A stretch of 64,000 nt of DNA from an uncultured Bdellovibrionales bacterium (GCA_964604195.1 CAZRXW010000001.1:2358-66357); one strand, 5' to 3'. Positions 27,612 to 38,428 are shown, counted from the first letter of the stretch. A program made the numbers and translations. Notes: a model not told the origin generated them from the sequence alone.

Positions 27612-29435
27612 ATGGAAAAAGGATCTCCTAGCCAAAAATATATTCGTAACTTTTGCATTATCGCCCATATTGATCATGGGAAGAGTACTTTTGCTGATCG
27701 ACTTTTGGAACTTACCCAGACGATTGAGAAGCGTCAGATGAAGGAGCAGCTTCTCGATACGATGGACCTAGAGCGTGAACGAGGGATTACTATCAAACTT
27801 CAGCCGGTAAAAATGAAGTATACCCTAGACGGAAGTGAGTATACGCTCAACCTTATTGATACCCCGGGGCATGTTGATTTCCATTATGAGGTTTCACGAT
27901 CACTCGCAGCAGTGGAGGGAGCAATTCTTTTGGTTGATGCCACCAAAGGAGTTCAAGCTCAGACGCTTGCCAATCTCTACCTTGCCATTGAACAAGGACT
28001 TGAAGTAATTCCAGTAATTAACAAGATCGACCTTCCGAATGCTGAAATTGATAAGGCAAAAAAAGAAATTATTCATGTACTTGGTTGTGCTGAAGACGAC
28101 ATCCTTTTGGCATCAGGGAAAACGGGAGTGGGGGTTCAGCAGGTATTGGAAAGAGTTATCATGCGAGTGCCTTGCCCCAAGGGAGATTTATCAGCCCCGC
28201 TGAGGGCACTCATTTTTGATTCGGTCTATGACACTTATAAAGGTGTAGTAGCCTTTACTAAAGTTGTTGATGGTAGTGTTGAACGAGATACTCCTTTGCA
28301 TTTTTTAGCGACGAGTGCAGAAACTACTACTGTAGAGGTGGGACATTTTCGACCAAAACTTACCGCTGGAGAGAAACTCTCAGCTGGCGATATTGGCTAC
28401 ATTGCGACTGGCCTCAAAACCATAGCCGAGTGTCGAGTGGGCGATACTATTACGCTGAAACTTCGTGAGCGGGATCCAGTAAAAGTGGAGGCACTTCCTG
28501 GATATACTGAAATTAAACCGGCAGTTTATGCGAGTTTGTATCCAACAGATGGTGAAGATTATGGGTTTATGCGTGATGCACTTGAGAAACTTAAACTCAA
28601 TGACGCGGCCTTTGTTTTTGAACCTGAGAGCAATCAGGCGCTCGGACGAGGGTTTCGCTGTGGCTTTCTTGGTCTTCTTCATCTTGAAATTATTCAGGCA
28701 AGACTTGAACGAGAGTTTGGTCTTGTCCCAACTATCACCACACCCTCGGTGGTGTATCAGATGAAAATTGCTGGCCAAGAGGCGCTTGTTGATCTGTATT
28801 CTCCGACAGATATGCCGGATCCAAGCATGATAGAGGAGATCTTTGAACCCTATGTAGCACTTTCAATTATCACGCCAAGTGAGTATCTCGGGAACGTCAT
28901 GGAGCTCGGCCAATCCATACGGAGTATATACAAAAATACCGAATACATTGATGCTGAGCGGGTTTTGCTTACCTTTGATGCTCCACTTATGGATGTAATC
29001 GTTAATTTTCATGACGACCTCAAGAGTGCTTCTTCGGGATATGCGTCCATGAACTATGAACCGATTGGCTATCGTGAAAGCGATGTGGTGCGACTTGATA
29101 TTTTGGTAGCTAATGAAAAAATTGAAGCTTTTTCTCGAATGGTTCCACAGCGTCTTGCTCAACATGAGGGAAAGAAGACTGTTGAGAAGCTCAAGAAAGT
29201 TTTGCCCCGACAGAATTTTGCCGTAGCCCTTCAGGCAGCTATTGGTGCCAAGGTGATTGCTCGCGAAACCATATCGGCTTTTCGTAAAGATGTGACTGGT
29301 TACATGTACGGAGGGGACTTCTCTCGTAAAAAGAAACTTCTTGAAAAACAGAAGGCTGGGAAAAAACGTATGCAGGCAACGGGGAGAATGACTATCCCAC
29401 CCAAGGCATTTCTCGAGATTCTGAAGAATCAATAG
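27612..29435 (+). CDS. lepA: Elongation factor 4
   Basis: IRNFCIIAHIDHGKST, ERERGITIK, GFRCGFLGLLH, GGDFSRKKKLL. Confidence 0.98.
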   Translation: MEKGSPSQKYIRNFCIIAHIDHGKSTFADRLLELTQTIEKRQMKEQLLDTMDLERERGITIKLQPVKMKYTLDGSEYTLNLIDTPGHVDFHYEVSRSLAAVEGAILLVDATKGVQAQTLANLYLAIEQGLEVIPVINKIDLPNAEIDKAKKEIIHVLGCAEDDILLASGKTGVGVQQVLERVIMRVPCPKGDLSAPLRALIFDSVYDTYKGVVAFTKVVDGSVERDTPLHFLATSAETTTVEVGHFRPKLTAGEKLSAGDIGYIATGLKTIAECRVGDTITLKLRERDPVKVEALPGYTEIKPAVYASLYPTDGEDYGFMRDALEKLKLNDAAFVFEPESNQALGRGFRCGFLGLLHLEIIQARLEREFGLVPTITTPSVVYQMKIAGQEALVDLYSPTDMPDPSMIEEIFEPYVALSIITPSEYLGNVMELGQSIRSIYKNTEYIDAERVLLTFDAPLMDVIVNFHDDLKSASSGYASMNYEPIGYRESDVVRLDILVANEKIEAFSRMVPQRLAQHEGKKTVEKLKKVLPRQNFAVALQAAIGAKVIARETISAFRKDVTGYMYGGDFSRKKKLLEKQKAGKKRMQATGRMTIPPKAFLEILKNQ

Positions 29436-29500
29436 GTTTTGACAGCTTTCTATTTGTCGGGTAGGGTAGGGGCATTGTCTGCATTCTGGTGGAGCGACAC

Positions 29501-29779
29501 ATGAATGATCGACATGATGAATTGAGGCGTTACTTGGAAAGGGAGGCAGAACTCAGACGGGCGTGGGATGATCTTTTGTCGGCTATTACGACTCGTTTCT
29601 TTGCTGATCGGCCCTCTGGAGGCCGTTGGACTGAAGAGGAGTTACTTCAGGTAATGCGGCAGCTTACCATTATGGTAAGGCAGTCAGATTGTTCTGGGGG
29701 ATCCCTGTCGGCTTTTGGGAAGGGCGATTTTCCTGAGCCGAGCATTCTGCCTCATCGTGGAAGTGACCCTGGCTCCTGA
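29501..29779 (+). CDS. Hypothetical protein
   Basis: GGAG before ATG 29501 and upstream TTGACA (29439); no recognisable family. Confidence 0.4.
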   Translation: MNDRHDELRRYLEREAELRRAWDDLLSAITTRFFADRPSGGRWTEEELLQVMRQLTIMVRQSDCSGGSLSAFGKGDFPEPSILPHRGSDPGS

Positions 29780-29869
29780 GGGATGTGATGACTGTAGCAA
29801 CAGGCCACATCCTTTCTTTTTTTACAAAACCGTTCTAAAATGGAGGGGTAATTGTCAAGTTATTTTTGT

Positions 29870-30184
29870 ATGGCCATGGAATTTACGAAGGAGAATTTTG
29901 ATGCTGAAGTTTTGAAGAGTGACAAGCCAGTGCTTGTGGATTTTTGGGCGCCATGGTGTGGGCCTTGTCAGATTATGGGGCCAGTGATTGACGAATTGTC
30001 TCAGGAGCTTTCTAATGTAAAAATTGGGAAACTGAATGTTGATGAACATCCAAGCATAGCTCAGGAGCACGGTATTATGTCTATCCCTACGATGAAAGTT
30101 TTTAAAGGAGGGCAGGTAGTGAAGGAATATGTTGGCACTCAATCAAAGGACTCTCTCAAGAGTGAGTTGTCAGCGCTTGCCTAG
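29870..30184 (+). CDS. trxA: Thioredoxin
   Basis: VLVDFWAPWCGPC, MSIPT. Confidence 0.96.
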   Translation: MAMEFTKENFDAEVLKSDKPVLVDFWAPWCGPCQIMGPVIDELSQELSNVKIGKLNVDEHPSIAQEHGIMSIPTMKVFKGGQVVKEYVGTQSKDSLKSELSALA

Positions 30185-30242
30185 TTAATCCTCAGTGGAG
30201 TCGGTTTGAAGTTAGTTCAAAAAATATCAAAAGACATTGTGT

Positions 30243-30683
30243 ATGAAGATTCATAAAGAGCGGATTGATGTTGAGAGTAAATCTCAGATAGAGTTTATTG
30301 ACATCACAGAATCTGTACAGGATGTTATAGATCGCTCAGGCATTCGTGAGGGACAAGTCTTGGTGTACGTCCCGCACACCACGATGGGAGTAGCTATCAA
30401 TCATCATGAAACTATGCTTCTTCAGGATTTTATGCGTATTTTGTATCGCATTGTTCCTGTCGACGATCAGTATAGTCATGATTTGTTTGAACTTCGCCGG
30501 GAAGGCGGTTCGGATGGTCGATCCAATGGTCACTCGCACTGTAAAGCTATTCTCCTGGGAAACAGTGAAGTGATTCCTGTTGAAAAGGGTAAACTCCTCC
30601 TTACAGAGCGTCAGAATGTTTTTGCGGTGGAGTTTGATGGTGCTCGCAAGCGAGACGTAGTGATTCAAGTTACTGGTTACTAG
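30243..30683 (+). CDS. yjbQ: YjbQ/UPF0047 family protein
   Basis: DIT..V, PHTT, NGHSH, EFDG.R. Confidence 0.88.
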   Translation: MKIHKERIDVESKSQIEFIDITESVQDVIDRSGIREGQVLVYVPHTTMGVAINHHETMLLQDFMRILYRIVPVDDQYSHDLFELRREGGSDGRSNGHSHCKAILLGNSEVIPVEKGKLLLTERQNVFAVEFDGARKRDVVIQVTGY

Positions 30684-30690
30684 AATTTTC

Positions 30691-31734
30691 ATGGAAACCC
30701 CTTCCTTTTTGTCGTACATGACGAGGCTTTTTGTTTGGGTGTTTGGTGTGATTCTGCTTTTAGGTGGACTGGCTTTTTGGTATTGGAGTGGACAAGTTGA
30801 TACTTCACATGGGTCCCATAAGGAAACCATGGTATTTGCTATCAACAAGGGTGAAGGAGCAACAGAGGTTGCTGAAAATCTCGAGCAATCAGGGCTTATT
30901 GAAAGTAAGCTTATTTTTCTCTATTATGTCATGCGCTCTCGGCTTCAGGATAAACTTCAATCGGGAGAATATCAGTTGTCGGGTACTATGTCGATTCCCG
31001 AGATAGTCTCTCGCTTTACTGAGGGTAAGGTGATTCCTCCTGGGGTGAGGGTGACCTTTCCTGAGGGGTTTACCTTGATTATGATGGCCGAACGACTCAA
31101 TCAGAATAAATTACCTGGTGATGACTTTTTAAAGATCGCCACCAGTCCGTATCCAAAATGGCGTGAGAAATTTTCTTTTTTGCAATCAGTTCCTGCAGGG
31201 AAGAGCCTTGAGGGATTCTTGTTTCCGGATACATATATTTTTCCGCAAGAGGCTACTGCCGAGCTTATCGTTCATGAGTTACTTCAAACATTTGAACGAA
31301 AGGCCTTACCACTCTTTCAACAGTATCAGGGAGGGACCGCTCTTTCCTTTTACGAAAGCCTGATTTTAGCGAGTATTATTGAAGAAGAAGGAAAAAATGC
31401 TGAAGAAAGGAGAATTATTAGTGATATTTTTTTGAAGCGATTGAAAATTAATCAGCCACTTCAGAGTGATGCTACGGTAAACTATGCTTTGGGTACTAGC
31501 AAGATGCAGCCAACTTTCAAAGATATAGAGACGGATTCTCTTTATAATACCTACAAGCATTCTGGATTACCACCTACGCCTATTGCGAGTCCAGGCCTTG
31601 ATTCTGTTCGTGCTGCACTCGATCCAATACCAAATGATTATTATTATTTTCTGAATAATCTCAAGACCGGGGAAACGGTCTTTTCTCGGACTTTTGAGGA
31701 ACATGTTGCCAATAGGACGAAGCATGGTTTGTAG
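30691..31734 (+). CDS. mltG: Endolytic transglycosylase MltG
   Basis: VTFPEG, LEGFLFPDTY, LASIIEEE, LQSDATV, YNTY..GLPPTPI. Confidence 0.95.
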   Translation: METPSFLSYMTRLFVWVFGVILLLGGLAFWYWSGQVDTSHGSHKETMVFAINKGEGATEVAENLEQSGLIESKLIFLYYVMRSRLQDKLQSGEYQLSGTMSIPEIVSRFTEGKVIPPGVRVTFPEGFTLIMMAERLNQNKLPGDDFLKIATSPYPKWREKFSFLQSVPAGKSLEGFLFPDTYIFPQEATAELIVHELLQTFERKALPLFQQYQGGTALSFYESLILASIIEEEGKNAEERRIISDIFLKRLKINQPLQSDATVNYALGTSKMQPTFKDIETDSLYNTYKHSGLPPTPIASPGLDSVRAALDPIPNDYYYFLNNLKTGETVFSRTFEEHVANRTKHGL

Positions 31735-31748
31735 TAATAACCAAAAAC

Positions 31749-32717
31749 ATGTCGTGGACCCCTCGTCAAAAATTAAGCATAGGCCTTCTCGTAGTTTTAG
31801 CACTTCTCAGCTCACTAGCTTGGCAGATAGTGGAGAGAGCTGTTCTTGTTGAGGAAGCGAGTAGTTTTCTTCTCCCAGCATTTGCTCTTGGGTTGACCAT
31901 GGCAACTCTTTTTTTGGGCTCTTTGATATGGAAGGAAAAAGGCTTGATGGCGTTGGCTGCCGCATTCATGGTGATCCCTAGTTTATTTGTGGCGATATCA
32001 CTCGTCCATGGCATTGTTCTCTTGGTTGCTGCTATGGTTATCTATTTCGGAATAAGGCGGATCCATTCTGATATGGTAGAGCGAATTCATATCGCTGTCA
32101 GAAGGAGTCTTTTGGTAGGTATGGGTATGGTGTTTCTCGGAGTTAGTCTCTTGCTTTCCAGTCAATACTATGTACATGTACAACAACTTTCTTGGGAGCA
32201 ATTGGTACCAAGTTTTAATTTAGCTGATGGGGTAGGGCCAATTGTCCTCAAGGTCATAACCCCGCTATATCCAGAGATTGGTCAACTTGCGAATGATCAA
32301 GTGACAGTAGATGGTTTTTTGCAAGATGTTCAAAAACGTGAGGGGGGTACGTTACTTGATTCGATGCCTCTTGCTACCCAGAGGATTTTTTTAGAACAGG
32401 AACTAAAACGGACAAAAAAACAGTTGGGCGATCTTTTAGGTCGAGAGATTGTTGGTAATGAAAGTATGCAGTCGCTTCTTTCTGAGGCAGTACATCGAAA
32501 AACAATAGCTTTTTTTTCTGGAGAGCAGGCACATTTGCCTGTACCAATTCTTCCTTTTTTCCTTTCGATACTACTATTCTTGACAGTGTATCCTATTATG
32601 AATTTTCTCGCCCCAATACTTGTCGTGGTGGTGGTAATTCTTTTTCGGTCTTTCCGATTGTTGCACTGGCTAGATATCCGCCAAGAGAAGGTTGAGCAGG
32701 AGGTTTTGGTGGATTAA
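31749..32717 (+). CDS. Hypothetical integral membrane protein
   Basis: Multiple TM helices; operonic position. Confidence 0.7.
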   Translation: MSWTPRQKLSIGLLVVLALLSSLAWQIVERAVLVEEASSFLLPAFALGLTMATLFLGSLIWKEKGLMALAAAFMVIPSLFVAISLVHGIVLLVAAMVIYFGIRRIHSDMVERIHIAVRRSLLVGMGMVFLGVSLLLSSQYYVHVQQLSWEQLVPSFNLADGVGPIVLKVITPLYPEIGQLANDQVTVDGFLQDVQKREGGTLLDSMPLATQRIFLEQELKRTKKQLGDLLGREIVGNESMQSLLSEAVHRKTIAFFSGEQAHLPVPILPFFLSILLFLTVYPIMNFLAPILVVVVVILFRSFRLLHWLDIRQEKVEQEVLVD

Positions 32718-32736
32718 GGTGGCAAAAGAAGGAGGG

Positions 32737-32777
32737 TTGACATTCTATCGTTAGCACTCAATAATAGAGAGTGCTAA
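32737..32777 (+). promoter_or_regulatory. Sigma70 promoter overlapped by a CIRCE (HrcA operator)
   Basis: TTGACA 32737-32742; perfect TTAGCACTC-N9-GAGTGCTAA at 32751-32777 enclosing AATAAT (-10). Confidence 0.92.
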
Positions 32778-32786
32778 TATGTTTTT

Positions 32787-33881
32787 ATGGCAGGAAAAGA
32801 TTATTATTCAATTCTCGGGGTTTCCAAGACAGCTTCTCAGGATGAGATAAAAAAGGCATACCGGAAACTCGCTCATACTCACCATCCTGATAAACAGGGT
32901 GGTGATGAAGCTCGTTTCAAAGAAATTAATGAGGCGTATAGCGTATTGGGGGATTCAGAAAAACGTCGTCAATATGACCAGTTCGGTTCCTCTTTTGGCC
33001 AAGGGGGGTTTTCTGGACAGGGAGGAGCGGGTAATTTTGGAGGGTTTGATTTTTCGGGGTTCGGTGAGCAGGGATTTAATTTTGGAGGAGCAAATTTTGA
33101 AGACCTTTTTACCGACATTTTTACTGGTGGCCGTAGCGCTGGTCATCGTGAAGCTCGTGGTCAAGATATTCAGGTGGATGTCGAAATTTCTTTTGAAGAA
33201 ATGGTTCGGGGAGTTAAGAAATCAATTTCCTTGCGGACGTATATTGCCTGTGACACTTGTCAGGGAAATGGTGGGAAACCAGGCAGTAAGGAGGTAAAAT
33301 GTACCACCTGTGACGGTAATGGTCAGGTGAAAAAACAGGTCAGGACTATTTTGGGTGTTTTTACACAGGTAGCACCGTGTGATGCTTGTCATGGGCGGGG
33401 GAAAAAATTTGCTGAATCTTGCCACGAATGTCGTGGGAGTGGGCGAGTTCAGAAGGAGCGATCACTTGAGGTAGCTATTCCTGCTGGTATTGAGAATGGG
33501 CAGGCACTTTCCCTGAGGGGTGAGGGTGAGGCTGGTGGTGTAGGTATAAAGCCAGGTGACCTTTTTGTGGTAGTGCATGTAAAACCCCATGCTGATTTTC
33601 AGCGGAGAGGGGATGATATCGTTTCTGATTTACGAGTAAAATACAGCCAATTAGTGCTTGGTGATAAAGTTGATGTTCCCACTTTGGAAAGGTCTGTTTC
33701 TATGAAAATCCCTGCTGGGACTGAGCCGGGAGAGGTTTTCCGGATCAAGGGTGGTGGTATTTCTCGGGTCTCACGCTTTGGAAAAGGGGATCATTTGGTG
33801 CGAATTTTATTGGAAATTCCCAAGAATCCAGCGAGTAGTGTAAAACGAATTATTGAGTCGCTTCGTGAAGCCGGGCAGTAG
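32787..33881 (+). CDS. dnaJ: Chaperone DnaJ
   Basis: J domain HPD, G/F region, four CxxCxGxG repeats. Confidence 0.98.
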   Translation: MAGKDYYSILGVSKTASQDEIKKAYRKLAHTHHPDKQGGDEARFKEINEAYSVLGDSEKRRQYDQFGSSFGQGGFSGQGGAGNFGGFDFSGFGEQGFNFGGANFEDLFTDIFTGGRSAGHREARGQDIQVDVEISFEEMVRGVKKSISLRTYIACDTCQGNGGKPGSKEVKCTTCDGNGQVKKQVRTILGVFTQVAPCDACHGRGKKFAESCHECRGSGRVQKERSLEVAIPAGIENGQALSLRGEGEAGGVGIKPGDLFVVVHVKPHADFQRRGDDIVSDLRVKYSQLVLGDKVDVPTLERSVSMKIPAGTEPGEVFRIKGGGISRVSRFGKGDHLVRILLEIPKNPASSVKRIIESLREAGQ

Positions 33882-33935
33882 GGGTTTCTCTCGAGTTGCG
33901 GTATACTGAGGGAGAAATTATTGAATGTTTACCCT

Positions 33936-34481
33936 ATGTCAGACGAACGTCGTATTTTGGTCGTTGATGATGATGATGAAACTCGTGGCGCTTATGTTGA
34001 CTATCTGAAGGAAGCTGGCTTTAGTGTGATTGAGGCAGTCAACGGATTGGATGGGTTGAATAAGATAAATGAGAGCCGTCCAGATCTAGTTTTGACAGGT
34101 ATTATCATGCCGCAGCTTGATGGTTTTGGTTTGGTTGAGGCACTCAAAAAAAATATCTCAACAGCAACAATCCCAGTGGTATTTCTTTCTCATCTTGGTC
34201 GTCAAGAAGATGAATCCCGAGCGAAAGAACTCGGAGTAAACGATTTTATTGTTCGCGATGTAACGCCCCTTCCAGAGGTGGTTTCACGGATTAGGGCATT
34301 TTTCGGTTCAACGGAATACCTAGTGGCTATCGATCCTACTCTGTACGACGGGTTAAAGTTCGCTCGGGATATGGCCCTCCCGGATAACTATCTCTGTGAG
34401 ACCGGTGAGCGTTACGTGCTTCGTATTCGATTGACTGATACTACGCGTAAACATCTCTCAGCAGAGATTATTTGTGCCTAG
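33936..34481 (+). CDS. Response regulator receiver protein, atypical (phospho-Asp position is Gly)
   Basis: ILVVDDD, PDLVLTGIIMP.LDG; R in place of the conserved K. Confidence 0.8.
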   Translation: MSDERRILVVDDDDETRGAYVDYLKEAGFSVIEAVNGLDGLNKINESRPDLVLTGIIMPQLDGFGLVEALKKNISTATIPVVFLSHLGRQEDESRAKELGVNDFIVRDVTPLPEVVSRIRAFFGSTEYLVAIDPTLYDGLKFARDMALPDNYLCETGERYVLRIRLTDTTRKHLSAEIICA

Positions 34482-34498
34482 CTCTAGAGGAGAGGTAT

Positions 34499-36199
34499 AT
34501 GGCCGAGCTTCGTTGGAAGTTCCTTTCTGATTTTGTTCCAGAACATCCAGAGGGAGTAGAAAATGTCTGGCAATCGTTACTTGCTCAGCGTGCGTCAAGA
34601 GATGACGAGCGCCGCTTTTTGATGCCTGACTATGATCGTGATATGTATGACCCATTCCTCTTTCGGGATATGGAAAAAGTAGTAGCGCGTTTAGGAGAAG
34701 CGAGAAAAAAAGGTGAGCGAGTTGGAGTCTTTGGTGATTTTGATGCTGATGGCGTAACCTCATCGGTTTTATTTCGTGAAGCACTAGAGGCTCTTGGGGT
34801 GGCGGCGGAAGTATATATTCCTCACAAGATACATGAGGGCCATGGATTGAGTACCCAAGCCATCCGGCATTTTCAACAAGCGGGGGTTACTCTGGTAGTA
34901 ACACTTGATTGTGGCATGATGAATCATGAGGAAATCGAGCAGGCTCTTGAGGCGGGAATGGATACTATCATCATTGATCATCATCACGTGCCGGAGGTTT
35001 TGCCAAAAGCCTTGGCTATTATTAATCCCAAGCTTCCCAATGAACAGTACCCCTTTCACGATCTTTGTGGCGCCGGTACAACATTTAAGGTGGTGACAGC
35101 TCTCTATCATCGCTATCTCCCTGATCGAATAGGAGAGCTAAAATGGCTTTTGGATGTTGCAGCCATAGGTACGGTGGCCGATGTTATGCCACTGGTTGGT
35201 GAAAATCGAGTACTTGTAAAGTACGGGCTTTTGGTGTTGGCAAAAACAAGACGGGTTGGTCTCCAAGAGCTTATTGCTGTTGGGAGGATTCCTATGGATA
35301 ATGTAACCCCTCCCACAGCGAGGTTGATTGCTTTTCATATCGCCCCTCGAATCAATGCTGCTTCTCGTATGGCCCATGGAAAGCTAGCGCACGATCTTCT
35401 TATGGAACGAGATAGAGTGAGGGCGAGGGGGTTGGCTTTGGAACTTGAGGCGTATAATGTAGCTCGTCAAAAGCAAAGTCAAGAAATTACCGAGCTTGTC
35501 CTGACATTAGCAAAAGAAAAATATCATGATCAGAAATTTATCTTTGCTGCTGGAGAAGAGTACCCTCTCGGTATTGTTGGTCTGGTAGCAGGAAGAGTAG
35601 CTCATGAAATTGGAAAACCAACTTGTATTCTTCAAACCGCGGGAGAGGTAAGTACAGGTTCTTTTCGGAGTATTCCAGGGCTGAGTATTATTAAAGTTCT
35701 GGAGCAGTGTGGGGATATACTTGAGAAGTTTGGTGGTCATGATCAGGCAGCGGGGATGACTATTCGAAATGACAATCTTGTATCATTTTACAATCGCTTC
35801 AATGCTTTAGTGGAGGAGGCTTTACAAGGAGTCGAGACAAAGCCAGAGCTCCTTATAGATCGGGTACTTCATCCTGATGATATATCGCTGGATTTAATTC
35901 AGCGATTAACATCATTGGAACCATTTGGGGAAGGGAATCCTGAACCAGTGTTTGCCCTGAGAGGAGTTCGTTTAGGAGCAGTGCGAAAAGTAGGCAAGGA
36001 TGAGAAACATTGGAAGCTCTCCGTTGATCGAGCGAGACTACATCCGCCTTTGGATGTGGTAGGCTGGTCACTTGCTCTAACGTATCCAGATTTGCGCCCA
36101 GGAATGGAGGTTGATCTTGCTGGTACAATAGCGATAAATAGTTGGAATGGGAGAGAGAGCGTGCAGATGGTTCTCAGAGATATACAGGTGCTTAATTAG
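34499..36199 (+). CDS. recJ: ssDNA-specific exonuclease RecJ
   Basis: GDFDADG, TLDCG, IDHH, GTVADVMPL, PRINA, GGH..AAG, PFGEGNP. Confidence 0.97.
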   Translation: MAELRWKFLSDFVPEHPEGVENVWQSLLAQRASRDDERRFLMPDYDRDMYDPFLFRDMEKVVARLGEARKKGERVGVFGDFDADGVTSSVLFREALEALGVAAEVYIPHKIHEGHGLSTQAIRHFQQAGVTLVVTLDCGMMNHEEIEQALEAGMDTIIIDHHHVPEVLPKALAIINPKLPNEQYPFHDLCGAGTTFKVVTALYHRYLPDRIGELKWLLDVAAIGTVADVMPLVGENRVLVKYGLLVLAKTRRVGLQELIAVGRIPMDNVTPPTARLIAFHIAPRINAASRMAHGKLAHDLLMERDRVRARGLALELEAYNVARQKQSQEITELVLTLAKEKYHDQKFIFAAGEEYPLGIVGLVAGRVAHEIGKPTCILQTAGEVSTGSFRSIPGLSIIKVLEQCGDILEKFGGHDQAAGMTIRNDNLVSFYNRFNALVEEALQGVETKPELLIDRVLHPDDISLDLIQRLTSLEPFGEGNPEPVFALRGVRLGAVRKVGKDEKHWKLSVDRARLHPPLDVVGWSLALTYPDLRPGMEVDLAGTIAINSWNGRESVQMVLRDIQVLN

Positions 36200-36232
36200 C
36201 TTGGTGAGTGCATTTTCTGGTACAATATTCCT

Positions 36233-36673
36233 ATGGAGAAGATTATTGTCTATACCGATGGTGGGTCGCGGGGTAATCCGGGGCCAGCGGCTCTCGGTGT
36301 CTATATTGAGACGCTTGGTAAGCGTTTCGGGGAGTTTTTGGGTGAAAAGACAAACAATGAGGCTGAGTATGCAGCCATTGTGGCCGCTTTGAAAAAAATA
36401 AAGTCACTGGTAGGGAAGGAAAGGGCTAAGCAAGTTATTGTAGAGTGTCGAATGGATTCGGAGCTTGCCTGTAGACAACTGAATCATCAGTACAAGATAG
36501 AGAATGAGAGATTGCAGCCATTGTTTTTGATGGTGTGGAATTTAATGCTTGATTTCAGTGGAGTGGAGTTTATCCATGTGCCGAGAGAACAAAATACTAT
36601 GGCTGATGCTGAGGCTAATAAGGCTATGGATAATGCGACTCGACCAAGTTTGGTACAACAGCAATTACTGTAA
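36233..36673 (+). CDS. rnhA: Ribonuclease HI family protein
   Basis: YTDGGSRGNPG, TNNEAEY, DSEL, HVPREQN..AD. Confidence 0.93.
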   Translation: MEKIIVYTDGGSRGNPGPAALGVYIETLGKRFGEFLGEKTNNEAEYAAIVAALKKIKSLVGKERAKQVIVECRMDSELACRQLNHQYKIENERLQPLFLMVWNLMLDFSGVEFIHVPREQNTMADAEANKAMDNATRPSLVQQQLL

Positions 36674-36679
36674 GAACTT

Positions 36680-37693
36680 ATGACTCTAAAAGGAAAAATT
36701 TTCAGTATAATTCTCTTCGCACTTATTGTAGGTGGGGGGTATTGGTGGTGGAGTGGTCGGCAGCAGGGTGAAGCTATTCCGACAGAGACAGTAACTCGAG
36801 GAACAGTGAGTGAGACGATCTCTATAACAGGTGAAGCGGTGCCACAACAGTACGCGGATCTCTCGTTTAAGAGCGTCGGTCTTATTGAAACAGTTTGGGT
36901 GGCTGAGGGAGAGCGAGTAAAAAAAGGAGATCCTCTCATGCAGCTCGATCGAGAGATGCTTCTTCAACAGCTTCGATCTTCTCAAGCGACGCTTGCTATT
37001 GCGGAAGAAAATGAACGTCTTGCTCGCCGAGATTGGTCAAGTCTTGCCCCTGAGGAACGAGAGGCCAAGGTTCTTTCGAGTGAGAAGGCTCGAGCAGACG
37101 TTGCTGTTATTCGCAGTCAGCTCATGGAAAGAGTGCTCAGGGCGCCTTTTGATGGGATGGTTACCAAGGTTTCTCAGAGAGTGGGTGAGGTGGTTATGGC
37201 TGGCACTCGAGTAGTACGTATTGTTGGATATGATGCAACGGGAAATATTCCTTTAAAAATTGAGGCTCAGATACCAGAGTCTGATGTAGCTAAAGTGAAG
37301 ACTGGTATGCGTGGAGAGGTCACTTTTGATGCCCTAACAAATGATGAGATTTTTTCTGTAGAAGTAAAGGATATCGAACCAAGCGCAACAGTAGTGCAAG
37401 ACGTAGTTTCTTATATGGGTACTTTTTCTTTTCTCCAAGCATCAGATGCACGGTTGCGTGATGGTATGACGGCAAATCTTGATATCGAGACTGGTTATCG
37501 AGAAGGGGTTTTGGTACTGCCGTTTCGTACTATTGTTCGAGAAGAGGGCCGTTATTTTGTGGAGGTTGAAGAGAATGGGGCTTTTGTAAAACGGGTGGTG
37601 AAGATTGGACTTGAAGGCGATGAGGGAGAAGTGGAAATAATTGAAGGGGTACGTGAGAATGATCGAGTCAAAATGAGTGTTAAGAGTGAATAG
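36680..37693 (+). CDS. MacA-like membrane fusion (periplasmic adaptor) protein
   Basis: N-terminal TM, VAEGERVKKGD, LRAPFDG, LRDGMTA. Confidence 0.88.
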   Translation: MTLKGKIFSIILFALIVGGGYWWWSGRQQGEAIPTETVTRGTVSETISITGEAVPQQYADLSFKSVGLIETVWVAEGERVKKGDPLMQLDREMLLQQLRSSQATLAIAEENERLARRDWSSLAPEEREAKVLSSEKARADVAVIRSQLMERVLRAPFDGMVTKVSQRVGEVVMAGTRVVRIVGYDATGNIPLKIEAQIPESDVAKVKTGMRGEVTFDALTNDEIFSVEVKDIEPSATVVQDVVSYMGTFSFLQASDARLRDGMTANLDIETGYREGVLVLPFRTIVREEGRYFVEVEENGAFVKRVVKIGLEGDEGEVEIIEGVRENDRVKMSVKSE

Positions 37694-37697
37694 GGTT

Positions 37698-38423
37698 ATG
37701 TCATCGCTTATTGTTGTCAAATCTCTTGGGAAAACTTACGCAAATGAAGGAGTGGAAACAGTGGCCTTGCGTGAGGCCACTTTTGTCATAGAAAAAGGAG
37801 AGTTTGTTTCGATTATGGGACCATCGGGATCGGGGAAATCGACCCTGATGCATCTCCTTGGTCTTCTTGATAGACCAACCGCAGGAGAGTACTTTTTGGA
37901 TGGTCAAGACGTGTCTACTCTTTCAGATGACGACCTTTCTCAACTACGGAATGCGAAGATCGGTTTTATTTTTCAGTCTTTTAATCTTCTTCCGAAAACG
38001 ACTGTTGCAGAAAATGTTGAATTACCACTCCTGTATGACAGTCAATTAGCTTCAGATAATCGAGCGAAAGTTGAGGCTGCTCTTAAGGCTGTTAACATGC
38101 TTCATCGAAAGGATTATTTTTCTAATCAGCTTTCTGGTGGAGAAAAACAGCGAGTTGCCATCGCGAGGGCTCTGGTGAATGATCCAGATATCATTTTTGC
38201 TGATGAACCTACGGGTAATCTAGATTCAAAATCAGGTTTGCAAGTGATGGATATATTGCAGAGTCTTAATGAAATGGGACGAACGGTTATTTTGGTGACT
38301 CATGAAACAGCAACGGCAGAACATGGTAAACGCATGCTTCGGATGGTAGATGGGGGAATTATCGAGGATACACCTATTACAAAGCGTCGCTTTGCCCGGG
38401 AAGAGGAGGAGCTTCATAAGTAG
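37698..38423 (+). CDS. MacB/LolD-type ABC ATP-binding protein
   Basis: [40 protein letters not shown]. Confidence 0.95.
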   Translation: MSSLIVVKSLGKTYANEGVETVALREATFVIEKGEFVSIMGPSGSGKSTLMHLLGLLDRPTAGEYFLDGQDVSTLSDDDLSQLRNAKIGFIFQSFNLLPKTTVAENVELPLLYDSQLASDNRAKVEAALKAVNMLHRKDYFSNQLSGGEKQRVAIARALVNDPDIIFADEPTGNLDSKSGLQVMDILQSLNEMGRTVILVTHETATAEHGKRMLRMVDGGIIEDTPITKRRFAREEEELHK

Positions 38424-38428
38424 GTTCT

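Noticed and set aside
29715-29915. Second ORF or frameshifted continuation before trxA
   Set aside because: No motif support and it overlaps the trxA start
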